Below, one piece after another: positions 24,846 through 36,070 of a stretch of DNA of 63,891 nt. This DNA is from Chiloscyllium plagiosum (taxonomy: Eukaryota): contig NC_057720.1 of the NCBI RefSeq assembly GCF_004010195.1, positions 17,900,609-17,964,499 on the forward strand, written 5' to 3'. The notes below the pieces were generated by a model, which ran no database searches, was not told the origin of the DNA, and saw only the letters and a program-made list of their open reading frames with translations. The position numbers were made by a program, and so were the translations under genes. The stretch's first letter is position 1, and the number at the start of each line of letters is the position of its first letter.

Positions 24846-26192
24846 AGAGGCAGAGTGCCTGCAGGGTGGAGAGATAAATGAGAGGAGGGTGGGGGGGTGG
24901 GGAGAAAGTAGCATAGAGTACAATAGGTGAATGGGGGTGGGGATGAAGGTGATAGGTCAGAGAGGAGAGTGGAATGGATAGGTGGAAAAGAAGATAGGCA
25001 GGTAGGACAAGTCATGGGGACAATGCTGAGCTGGAAATTTGGAGCTGGGGTGAGGTGGGGGAAGGGGAAATGAGGAAACTGGTGAAGTCCACATTGATGC
25101 CCTGGGGTTGAAGTGTTCCGAGGCGGAAGATGAGGCGTTCTTCCTCCAGGCGTCGGGTGGTGAGGGAGCGGCGGTGAAGGAGGCCCAGTACATCCATAAC
25201 CATATCCTCGGCTGAGTGGGAGGGGGAGTTGAAATGTTGGGCCACAGGGCAGTGTAGTTGATTGGTGCGAGTGTCCCAGAGATGTTCCCTAAAGTGCTCT
25301 GCTAGGAGGCGTCCAGTCTCCCCAATGTAGAGGAGACCGCATCGGGAGCAACGGATACAATAAATGATATTGGTGGATGTGCAGGTGAAACTTTGATGGA
25401 TGTGGAAGGCTCCTTTGGGGCCTTGGATGGAGGTGTGGGCGCAGGTTTTGCAATTCCTGCAGTGGCAGGGGTAGGTGCTAGGACAGGAGGGTGGATTGTT
25501 GGGGGGCATGGACCTGATCGGGCAGTCACGGAGGGAATGGTCTTTGTGGAAGGCGGAAAGGGGTGGGGAGAGAAATATATCCCAGGTGGTGGTGTTCATT
25601 TGGAGGTGGCGGAAATGTCATTGGATGATTTGGTTTATGCGAAGGTCGATAGGGTGGAAGGTGACCAGGGGAGTTCTGTCATTGTTACAGTTGGAGGGGT
25701 GGAGTCTGAGGTGTGGGATGTGGAAGAGATGCGTTGGAGGGCATCTTTGACCATGTGGGAAGGGAAATTGCGGTCTCTAAAGGAGGAGGCCATCTGGTGT
25801 GTTCTGTGGTGGAACTGGTCCACTTGGGAGCAGATACGGCAGAGGCGAAGGAATTGGGACATTTTTGCAGGAGGTAAGGTGGGAAGAGGTGTAATCAAGG
25901 TAGCTGTGGGAGTCAGTGGGTTTGTAAAAATGTCGGTGTCAAGTCGGTCATCATTAATGGTGATGGAAAGGTCCAGGAAGGGGAGGGAGGTGTCAGAGAT
26001 GGTCCAGGTAAATTTAAGGTCAGCGTGGAATGTGTTGGTGAAGTTGATGAATTGCTCAACCTCCTCGCGGGAGCACGAGGTGACACCAATGCAGTCATCA
26101 ATGTAGCAGAGGAAGAGATGGGGAGTGGTGCCGGTGCCGGTGCCGGTGTAACTACAGAAGATGGACTGTTCTACATAGCCAACAAAGAGACA

Positions 26193-26318
26193 GGCATAGC
26201 TGGGGCCCATAAAGGTGCCCATGGCTACCCCTTTGGCATAGCCGGGGCCCATACGGGTGCCCATGGCTACCCCTTTGGCATAGCTGGGGCCCATACGGGT
26301 GCCCATGGCTACCCCTTT
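26193..26318 (-). repeat. 3 x 42-bp tandem repeat of RT motif KGVAMGTRMGPSYA
   Basis: Units start at 26193, 26235 and 26277. Confidence 0.95.
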
Positions 26319-26537
26319 AGCCGTGCTAGATGCCAACTCGAAGTCACCGCCCCCTCGACCATGACCCCACCCCCATCACCAAACAATCATCTCCCAGACC
26401 ATACAGAACCTCATCACCTCAGGAGATCTCCCACCCACAGCTTCCCACCCTCATAGTCCGGGAACCCCACATTGCCCGGTTCTACCTCCTTCCCAAGATC
26501 CACAAGCCTGACCACCCTGGCCAACCCATTTTCTCAG

Positions 26538-26713
26538 GTCAGGCAGCATCAAAGGAACAGGAGAATCAACGTTTCGGGCATAAGCCCTTCTTCAGGCTTA
26601 TGCCCAAAATGTCGATTCTCCTGTTCCTTTGATGCTGCCTGACCTGCTGTGCTTTTCCAGCAACACATTTTTAATCTCTGATCTCCAGCATCTGCAGTCC
26701 TCACTTTCTCCCT
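26538..26713. mobile_element. fold-back hammerhead-bearing short element nested in Penelope RT
   Basis: Inverted repeat centred near 26590; cccatt(t/g)tctcag duplicated at 26525-26537 and 26714-26726. Confidence 0.8.
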
Positions 26714-28301
26714 CCCATTGTCTCAGCATGCTCCTGCCCCACTGAACTCATCTTGACCTACCTCGACACTGTCCTATCCCCCCTCGTCCAGGAACTCCCC
26801 ACATATGTTCCAGACACCACCCATGCCCTACACCTCCTTCAAGACTTCCGTTTCCCTGGCCCCCAACGCCTCATCTTCACCATGGGTATCCAATCCCTCT
26901 ACGCCTCCATCCGCCATGACCAGGGCCTCCAGCCATCCATTTCTTCCTCTCCCAACCTCCCCAACAGTACCCTTCCACCGACACTCTCATTCGTTTGACT
27001 GAACTGGTCCTCACCCTTAACAATTTCTCCTTCGAATCCTCGCACTTCCTCCAGATCAAAGGGGTAGCCATGGGCACCCGTATGGGCCCCAGCTATGCCT
27101 GTGTCTTTGTTGGCTATGTAGAACAGTCGATCTTCCGTAATTACACCGGCACCACTCCCCACCTCTTCCTCCGCTACATTGATGACTGCATCGGCACCAC
27201 CTCGTGCTCCCGCGAGGAGGTTGAGCAATTCATCAACTTCACCAACACATTCCATGCTGACCTTAAATTTACCTGGACTATCTCTGACACCTCCCTCCCC
27301 TTCCTGGAACTCTCCATTTCCATTAATGAATACTGATTTGACACCGACATTTTTACAAACCCACCGACTCCCACAGCTGGCTGGATTACATCTCTTCCCA
27401 TCCTACCTACTTCCATCACCGAACACACCAGATGGCCTCCTTCTTTTGAGACCGCAATTTCCCTTCTCACGTGGTCAAAGATTCCCTCCAACGCATCTCT
27501 TCCACATCCCGCACCTCCGCCCTCAGACCCCACGCCTCCAACCGTAACAAGGACAGAGCCCCCCCTGGTGCTCACCTTCCACCCTACCAACCTTCACATA
27601 AACTAAATCATCCAATGACATTTCCGCCACCTCCAAATGGACCCCACCACCAGGGATATATTTCCCTCCCCATCCCTTTCCACCTTCTGCAAAGACCATT
27701 CCTTCCGTGACTACCTGCTCAGGTCCACGCCCCCCAACAATCCACCCTCCCGTCCTGGCACCTTTCCCTGCCACCGCAGGTATTGCAAAACCTGCGCCCA
27801 CACCTCCTCCCTCAACTCCATCCAAGGCCCCAAAGGAGCCTTCCACATCCATCAAAGTTTCACCTGCAAATCCACCAATATCATTTATTGTATCCGTTGC
27901 TCCCGATGTGCTCTCCTCTACTTTGGGGAAACTGAACGCCTCCTAGCAAAGCGCTTTAGGGAACATCTCTGGGACACCCACACCAATCAACCACACCGCC
28001 CTGTGGCCCAACATTTCAACTCCCCCTCCCACTCAGCCGAGGACATGGATGTCCTGAGCCTCCTTCACCGCCGCTCCCTCATCACCCGACGCCTGGAGGA
28101 AGAACACCTCGGAACACTTCAACCCCAGGGCATCAATGTGGACTTCACCAGTTTCCTCATTTCCCCTTCCCCCACCACACCCCAGCTCCAAACTTTCAGC
28201 TCAGCACTGTCCCCATGACTTGTCCTACCTACCTATCTTCCTTTCCACCTATCCACTCCACCCTCCTCTCTGACCTATCACCTTCATCCCCACCCCCATT
28301 C

Positions 28302-28471
28302 NNNNNNNNNNNNNNNNNNNNNNNNNNNNNNNNNNNNNNNNNNNNNNNNNNNNNNNNNNNNNNNNNNNNNNNNNNNNNNNNNNNNNNNNNNNNNNNNNNN
28401 NNNNNNNNNNNNNNNNNNNNNNNNNNNNNNNNNNNNNNNNNNNNNNNNNNNNNNNNNNNNNNNNNNNNNNN
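28302..28471. other. assembly gap (170 N)
   Basis: Run of N. Confidence 1.
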
Positions 28472-29249
28472 CCCACCCTCCCCCCTCCCCTATCACCTTC
28501 ATCCCCACCTCCACTCACCTACTTTACTCTATGCTACTTTCCCCCCACCCCCACCCTCCTCTCATTTATCTCTCCACCCTGCAGGCACTCTGCCTCTATT
28601 CCTGATGAAGGGCTTTTGCTCGATACGTTGATTTTCCTGCTCCTCGGATGCTGCCTGAATTGCTGTGCTTTTCCAGCACCACTCTAATCTAGAATCTGGT
28701 TTCCAGCATCTGCAGCCCTTGTTTTTACCAAGTTGTATAAAATATGTGTGAGGCCACAATTGGAGTATTGTGTGCAGTTCTGATCACCACATTACAGGAA
28801 GAATGTCATTGCTCTGGAGAGAGTGCAGGGAAGATTTACTAGAATGGTGCCAGGACTGGAGAATTGCAGCTAGAAGGAAAGATTGGAGAGACTGGGTTGT
28901 TTTTCCTAGAAACAAAGTGGGCTGAGGGGTGACATGATTGAGGTATATGAAATTGTGAGGGGTAGAAATAAAGTAGACAGGATGAATATGTCTCCCTTGG
29001 CAGAGAGTTCAAAAGCCAGGGATCATAGATTCAAACTAAATAACAAAAGGATTAGAGGGGGCGTGAGGAAATGCGTTTTTACGCAGACAGTGGTGGGTGT
29101 GAGGAAATTGCTGCCTAAATTGTGGTGGAGGCAAGGAACCTAAACTATTCTAAAATGTACTCAGATCTGCACTTTAAGTGCTGTAAGCTGCACAGCTATA
29201 TGCAGGAAGATGGGATTAGAAAAGGCATTTGGTTGTCTTTGGGTCAGTG

Positions 29250-31970
29250 TGGACAGGAATGGTTGCTGGATGTTCCAGGGTTTAGAACATTTAAAAAGAA
29301 TAGGGAGGGGGGGAAAAAGAGGAGGGGGTGTTGCTCTACTAATCAGAGAGGGTATCACAGCTACAAAAGTTACCATTGTCGAGGAGGGTCTGCCTACTGA
29401 GTCAATGGGTGGAAATTAGGAACAGTAAGGGAGCAGACACCTCATTAGGGTTTACTACAGGCCCCCCCAATAGCAGCAGGGAGATTGAGGAAAGCATAGG
29501 TCGGCAGATTTTGGAAAAGTGCGAATGTAGTAGGGTTGTTGTAATGGGTGACTTTAACTTTCCCATTATTGATTGGAACCTCCTTCGAGCAGATGGTTTG
29601 GAAGGAGCTGTTTTTGTAACGTGTGTTCAGGAGGGTTTCCTAACTCAGTACGTTGACAGGCCGACGAGTGGAAAGGCCATTTTGGATTTGGTGCTCGGCA
29701 ATGGGCCAGGGCAGATGTCAGATCTTGCAGTGGGAGAGCATTTTGGTGATAGTGACCATAACTGCCTCACAATCTACATAGTTGTGGAGAAGGAGAGAAG
29801 CAGGCACAATGGGAGGATATTTAATTGGGGAAAAGGAAACTATGATGCTATCAGACGTGAGTTGGAGAAGCATGGACTGGGAGCAATTGTTCCACAGAAA
29901 GGGCACTATAGACATGTGGAGACTGTTTAAGGAACAGTTGTTGCGAGTGATGCATAAATGTGTTCCTCTGAGACAGGCAAGAAGTGGTAAGATAAAGGAA
30001 CCTTGGATGACGAAAGCGGAGGAGCTTCTTGTCAAAAGGAAGAAGGCAGCTTATGTAAAGTGGAGGAAGCAAGGGTCTTGCTCACCTCTAGAGGATTACA
30101 GGCAAGCGAGGAAGGAACTCAAAAATGGTCTGAGGAGAGCCAGGAGGGGGCACGAAAAAGTCTTGGCAGGAAGGATTAGGAAGAATCCAAAGGCATTTTA
30201 CACGTATGTGAGGAATAAGAGAATGATCAAAGATAGCATAGGGATAGCATCAGGGATAGCATAGGGATCTTGTGTATAGAGTCTGAGGAGGTAGGGAAGC
30301 CCTAAATGAGTTTTTTGCTTCTGTCTTTACTAAAGAAAAGGACCTTGTAGTGAATGAAACCATTGAGGAGCAGGTAAGCATGCTGGAACGGATAGAGATT
30401 GAGGAAGCTGATGTGCTGAAAATTTTGACAAACATTAAAATTGACAAGTCGCCAGGGCCAGACCAGATTTGTCCTCGGCTGCTTTGGGAAGCGAGAAATG
30501 TGATTGCTTCACCGCTTGCATCCTCGCTCTCCACCGGAGTCGTACCTGAGGATTGGAGGGGTGCAAATATAATTCCTCTCTTCAAGAAAGGAAATAGGGA
30601 AATCCCCAGCAATTACAGACCAGACAGTCTCTCGTCTGTTGTCTGCAAGGTGTTAGAAAGGATTCTGAGGGATAGAATTTATGACCATCTGGAAGAGCAT
30701 GGCTTGATTAAATGCAGTCAGCACGGCTTTGTGAGGTCCAGGTCATGCCTCACAAATCTTATTGAGTTCTTTGAGGATGTTACTAGACAAGTTGATATGG
30801 GTCGAGCGGTGGATGTGGTGTATATGGGCTTCAGCAAGCATTTGATAAGGTTCCCCATTGTAGGCTCATTCAGAGGGTCAGGAGGAATGGGATACAGGGA
30901 AATTTAGCTGTCTGGGTACAGAATTGGCTGGTCAACAGAAGACAGTGAGTGGTAGTGGAAGGAAAGTATTCTGCCTGGAAGTCAGTGGTGAGTGCTATTC
31001 CACAGGGCTGTGTTGTTGGGCCTCTACTCTTTGTAATTTTTATTAATGACTTGGATGAGGAGATTGAAGGATGGGTTAGCAAGTTTGTAGATGACGCAAA
31101 GGTTGGAGGTGTCGTTGACAGTATAGAGGACTGTTGTAGGCTGCAGTGTGACATTGACAGGATGCAGAGATGGGCTGAGAGGTGGCAGATGGATTTCAAC
31201 CTGGATAAATGTGAAGTGATGCATTTTGGAAGGTCGAACTTGAAAGTTGAGTACAGGATTAAAGACAGGAACTTGGTATGCAGGTACATAGATCCCCTAA
31301 AATTGCCACCCAAGTGGACAGGATTGTTAAGAAAGCATATGGTGTTTTGGCTTTCATTAACGGGGGGATTGAGTTTAAGGGCTCTGAGGTCTTGTTGCAG
31401 CTCTATAAAACTTTGGTTAGACAGCACTTGGAATACTGTGTCCAGTTCTGGTCACCCTATTATAGGAAAGATGTGGATGCTTTGGAGAGGGTTCAGAGGA
31501 GGTTTACCAGGATGCTGCCTGGAATGGAGGGCTTATCTTACGAAGAGAGGTTGACTGAGCTCGGACTTTTTTCATTGGAAAAAAAGAAGGAAGAGAGGAG
31601 ACCTAATTGAGGTGTATAAGATAATGAGAGGCATAGATAGAGTTGGTAGCCAGAGACTTTTTCCCAGGGCAGAAATTGTTAACACAAGGGGTCATAGTTT
31701 TAAGCTGTTTGACGGAAAGTATGGAGGAGATGTCAGAGGCAGGTTCTTTACGCAGAGAGTTGTAAGAGCATGGAATGCGTTGCCAGCAGCAGTTGTGGAA
31801 GCAAGGTCATTGGGGATATTTAAGAGACTGCTGGACATGCATATGGTCACAAAAATTTGAGGGTTTGTACATTAGGTTTACTTTACATGAGGATCAATGG
31901 TCGGCACAACATCGTGGGCTGAAGAGCCTGTTCTGTGCTGTATTGTTTTATGTTTTATGTTCTATGTTCT
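29250..31970 (+). mobile_element. CR1/HER1-type LINE, 5'-truncated, frameshifted ORF2
   Basis: GDFNFP, DSDHN, KSPGPD, QHGF, FVDD, LEYCVQFWSP; ttctatg tail; inserted into the tail of the older CR1. Confidence 0.92.
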
Positions 31971-32319
31971 AAGATGAGTCAAATGCCCTCCCTTCTGTGC
32001 TGTATCATTTCTGTTGTTTCATTAGTTCTAAGTTTGCTCTTCTATTGTTTGAACCAACATTTCGATGTGCAAAACAGCTGCTGCATTTATCTATTAGAGA
32101 TATCTTGATTGATATGGTAACATTGGATTATAAATCAAACTTGAAATTTTCCAAGAAGTATTCAGGAGTGATAACCAACAGCATATATTAAATGATAGAA
32201 TGACATTTAAGGAGTTAAGGTGCATAAACGGGCATTTAAAATTTCATTTTGGATTTATTTGTAGAACAATATTTTATCAAGGAAACTTGACAAAACTAAC
32301 TCCCTTCCCCGATAGGTAT

Positions 32320-32480
32320 GTGGAGAATGCTGTTCTTTTGGGTGAGGCATTAAACCAAGGCTCTGTTTGATCTCTCAGGTGCACATAAAAGATCCAATTG
32401 CATTATTTTAATGAAAAGCCTGGGAGATATCACCACTAAGTCACATCACAGAAGCAGCTTATCTGGTCATTATCACATTA
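32320..32480 (+). mobile_element. Deu-core SINE remnant
   Basis: gcattaaaccaaggctctg...ctctcaggtgcacataaaagatcc...ttatctggtcattatcacatt resembles the DeuSINE core as recalled. Confidence 0.55.
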
Positions 32481-32502
32481 TTCTATAGTTCAGTGGTTAG
32501 CT

Positions 32503-32575
32503 TGCTCTGTAGTTCAGCAGTTAGAGCACTGGTCTTGTAGACCAATGATCATGAGTTTGTTTCTTACTGAGGCCT
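32503..32575 (+). pseudogene. tRNA-Thr(TGT)-derived pseudogene
   Basis: 73 nt; gtagttcagcagttagagcactggtcTTGTAgacca... aligns to vertebrate tRNA-Thr-TGT; T-loop/B box decayed. Confidence 0.7.
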
Positions 32576-32810
32576 ACAAGAATTTTCAAGGCTGGCATTG
32601 TGGCTCACTGGTTAGCACTACTTCCTCACAGTGCCAAAGACCTGGGTTCAATTCCACCCTTGGGCAACTGTCTGTGTGGAGTTTGCACATTCTCCCTGTG
32701 TCTCCGTGGGTTTCTGCTGGATGCTCTGTTTCCTCCCAAAACCAAAGGTCAAGTAGATGGTCCATGCTAAATTGCCCATTGTGAGTAGGCTAAGTGGATT
32801 AGCCATGGGA

Positions 32811-32941
32811 TTCCTGAAGAAGGGCTTATGCCCGAAACTTCGATTCTCCTGTTCCCTGGATGCTGCCTGACCTGCTGCGCTTCTCCAGCAACACATTTTC
32901 AGCTCTGATCTCCAGCATCTGCAGACCTCACTTTCTCCTCC
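32811..32941 (+). mobile_element. 131-bp stand-alone hammerhead-headed element
   Basis: 11-bp TSD tagccatggga (32800-32810 / 32942-32952); starts ttc-CTGAAGA-a-GGGC ttat GCCC-GAAA-CTTC. Confidence 0.85.
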
Positions 32942-32974
32942 TAGCCATGGGAAATACAGGGATAGGATGGGATA

Positions 32975-34356
32975 ACAGACAATAGGTGCAGGAGTAGACC
33001 ATTCTGCCCTTTGAGCCTGCACCACCATTCATTATGATCATGGTGGATCATCCTCAATCAGTATCCTATTCCTGCCTTATCTCCATCATCCTTGATTCCA
33101 CTATCCTTGAGAGCTCTATCCAACTCTTTCTTAAATGAATCCAGAGACTGGGCCTCCACTGCCTTCTGGGGCAGAGCATTCCACACACCCACCACTCTCT
33201 GGGTGAAGAAGTTTCTCCTCATCTCTGTCCTAAATGGCCTACCCCTTATTTTTAAACTGTGTCCTCTGGTTCGGGACTCACCCATCAGCGGAAACATGTT
33301 TCCTGCCTCCAGAGTGTCTAATCCTTTAATAATCTTATACGTCTCAATCAGATCCCCTCTCAGTCTTCTAAACTCAAGGGTATACAAGCCCAATCGCTCC
33401 AGTCTTTCAACATAAGATAGTCCCGCCATTCCAGGAATTGACCTCGTGAACCTACGCTGCACTCCCTCAATAGCCAGAATGTCTTTCCTCAAATTTGGAG
33501 ACCAGAACTGCACACAATATTCCAGGTGCGGTCTCACCAGAGGCTGTACAGCTGCAGAAGAACCTCTTTGCTTCTATACTCAATTCCTCTTGTTATGAAG
33601 GCCAGCATACTATTAGCTTTCTTCACTACCTGCTGTGCCTGCATGTTTGCCTTCATTGACTGGTGTACAAGAACACCCAGACCTCTTTGTACTACCCCTT
33701 TACCTAACTTGACTCCATTTAGGTAGTAATCTGCCTTCCTGTTCTTGCCACCAAAGTGGATAACTGTACATTTATCCACATTAAACTGCATCTGCCATGC
33801 ATCTGTCCACTCACCTAACCTCTCCAGGTCACCCTGTAATCTCCTAACATCCTCCTCACATTTCACCCTGCCACCCAGCTTTGTATCATCAGCAAATTTG
33901 CTAATGTTATTATTAATACTATCTTCTATATCAATATATATTGTAAAAAGCTGCGGAGCCAGCACTGATCCCTGCGGTACCCCACTGGTCACTGCCTGCC
34001 ATTCCGAAAGGGAGCCGTTTATCACTACTCTTTGTTTCCTGTCAGCCAACCAATTTTCAATCCAAGTCAGTACTTTTCTCCCAATACCATGCGCCCTAAT
34101 TTTGCTCACTAACCTCCTATGTGGGACTTTATCAAAGGCTTTCTGAAAGTCCAAGTACACTACATCCACTGGATCTCCCTTGTCCATCTTCAGAGTTACA
34201 TCCTCAAATAATTCCAGAAGATTAGTTAAGCATGATTTCCCCTTCATAAATCCATGCTGACTCTGACCTATCCTGTTACTGCTATCCAGACGTGTCATAA
34301 TTTCATTCTTTATAATTGACTCCAGCATCTTTCCCACCACTGAGGTCAGATTAACT
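32975..34356 (-). mobile_element. young CR1 LINE 3' part (second subfamily)
   Basis: ORFs 33534-34340 (QHGF, DFQKAFD, FADDT) and 33058-33537. Confidence 0.92.
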
Positions 34357-35469
34357 GCTCTTCAGAGGGTCAGTGTGGACTTGATGGCTACCCCATCAAG
34401 AATGGATGAGAGGATTTGCTGACTAGACACTGACTGTAGGTTTTTCTACTTTATGACATTTGCTACGTTTCAAACATCATTCATTGGTTCTTTTTTTTTC
34501 ATCAATCTGTTATTACATACCTCTGTAACAGATAGGACTGAATCCCAGCCATCTGGTTCTAGAGGCAGGGACACTACCACTTTGCCCATGTCTTTGGGAC
34601 ATTATATTATGGAAGGCACGTTAGAAATACAAGTTCTTTTTTTTAAAAAGAAACATGTGTTTGAACTTTGAGGAAACAACAGAAGTTTTATTTCCTTACA
34701 TATTTATCATAAATGCATCTTAAAGAGAATATGTGCGTCTCAACCAAACCCAAAATAAAGAAACCTGAAGAATGAAGTAGAATTGTGGGATGCATTAAAA
34801 AGTGGAAGTTCTGTGCATCATCAGAGGGACAGAATCTGCTATTGTTCCTTGTTTAATGTTTGTAATTCGTCTGCAAATCAGAAGCGTGGCTACACGCTGA
34901 ATTTCCGATACTTGATGTGGGTAACAGCCAACATTATTGCCTTCCATGTAATTAACCCTTTCCTTTATAAATAAACTCTCATCATGTTAGCTGTACATAC
35001 TTGCTGGCTCTCAGAGACATGGTCAGTTATATGTGAACAAAGCTGTAAAACTTTATGCAAAAATGCAGCCTGCAGATTTATCAATTTTACTGTTTTCAAT
35101 CGTGGTCTCTGACTTTTGATTGATGCAATACTTGCATCTTGCAGTTAAACTTAACTGCTTTAGATATGTCCTATCAAATAATGCTATTTCTTTTAGCAGA
35201 GAGTACAATGGAAATGAGAATCCCACACCTGTTTTTCTGGTGTTTCAATGGGTCATATTTAATTTTAATTTGTGCTGCTGATAGATTTTGATATTTTTCT
35301 TAAAATATCTGCAGTTTCCTCTCCTTTTACCTTAGTCTCATTTCCTTTCACCTTGCTCCAGATGTCACCTACATTCACCCGAGTCTCCTACAGTTTCGGT
35401 TTCAAGCAGCTCCAGTCCTGCTCTCCACTCAGCCCAATGTCAGAAATATCCCAGTTTCTCCTGTCAACC

Positions 35470-36070
35470 CAGAAAACTAACATAATTTCAGCACTTTGGC
35501 AGGAAGAATACAGGAGCTGAATAGTATTTAAACGGAAAAAGATTACAGAAAGCTACAGCACGGAGGATTTGGGAATCCTCATGAATAAGTCACAAAAATC
35601 TAGCATACAGGAAGAGGGAAGGCAAATGGAGTATTTATTTCAAAGAGAATGGATTATAAAAATCAGGAGGTTTTGCTAAAACTACACAGCATTGGTTAGA
35701 TCACAGCTGGAAAACTATGATCAGCTTTGACCCATTATCTAAGGAAAGGTATACTGGCATTGAAGGCAGTTTAGAGAAAGTTCACTAGACTGATTTTGGG
35801 CATGATAATGGAGAGATGATGAGGAATTTCTTCTCTCAGAGAGTAGTGCATCTGTGGAATTCTTTAGCACTGATAGCTGTAGAAGGTGGGTTGTTAAATA
35901 TATTCAAGGCTGAGATAAGCAGAGTTTTAATCAATAAGGCAATCAAGGATTACAGGAAATGGCAGGAAAATGAAATTGAGGATTATCAGATCAGCTGAGG
36001 TCTAATTGAATGGTAGGCCGGATTCGATGGGCTAAGTGAGCCTACGCTTTCTTTTAGGCCTTATGGTCAA
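35470..36070 (+). mobile_element. old CR1 3' fragment
   Basis: RNFFSQRVVHLWNSL motif. Confidence 0.75.

Larger units (their letters stand above)
24748..26318 (-). mobile_element. Penelope-like element (Neptune-type), left inverted arm
   Basis: GVAMGTRMGPSYA, YIDDC, PFLDL (RT); CRNCKTC and IYCIRCSRCGLLYIGET (Cys-rich linker + GIY-YIG); pLTR with hammerhead at 24810-24845. Confidence 0.92.
26325..28728 (+). mobile_element. Penelope-like element (Neptune-type), right arm
   Basis: RFYLLPKIHK, TMGIQSLY, FLRYIDDC; GIY-YIG ORF 27637-28218; pLTR with decayed hammerhead at ~28598-28633. Confidence 0.92.
32591..34390 (+). mobile_element. HE1-type SINE split by a hammerhead element (32811-32941) and an antisense CR1
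   Basis: Head at 32591; body resumes at 32942 and about 34357. Confidence 0.8.

Noticed and set aside
26193..26318. Direct repeats superficially like a CRISPR array
   Set aside because: No spacers; units encode an RT motif; eukaryotic context
25393..26456. Plus-strand ORFs of 237 and 143 aa with GAHGYPFG repeats
   Set aside because: Antisense frames of the Penelope RT/GIY-YIG and its 42-bp repeat
28260..28520. Apparent duplication either side of the N gap
   Set aside because: The inverted arm (about 24900-24965) has this sequence once, so it is probably an unmerged contig overlap rather than biology
35001..35170. Exon-like minus-strand segment (AAFLHKVLQLCSHITDHVSESQQ, or ...DKSAGCIFA* in another frame)
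   Set aside because: Weak acceptors, competing frames and no recognisable homology
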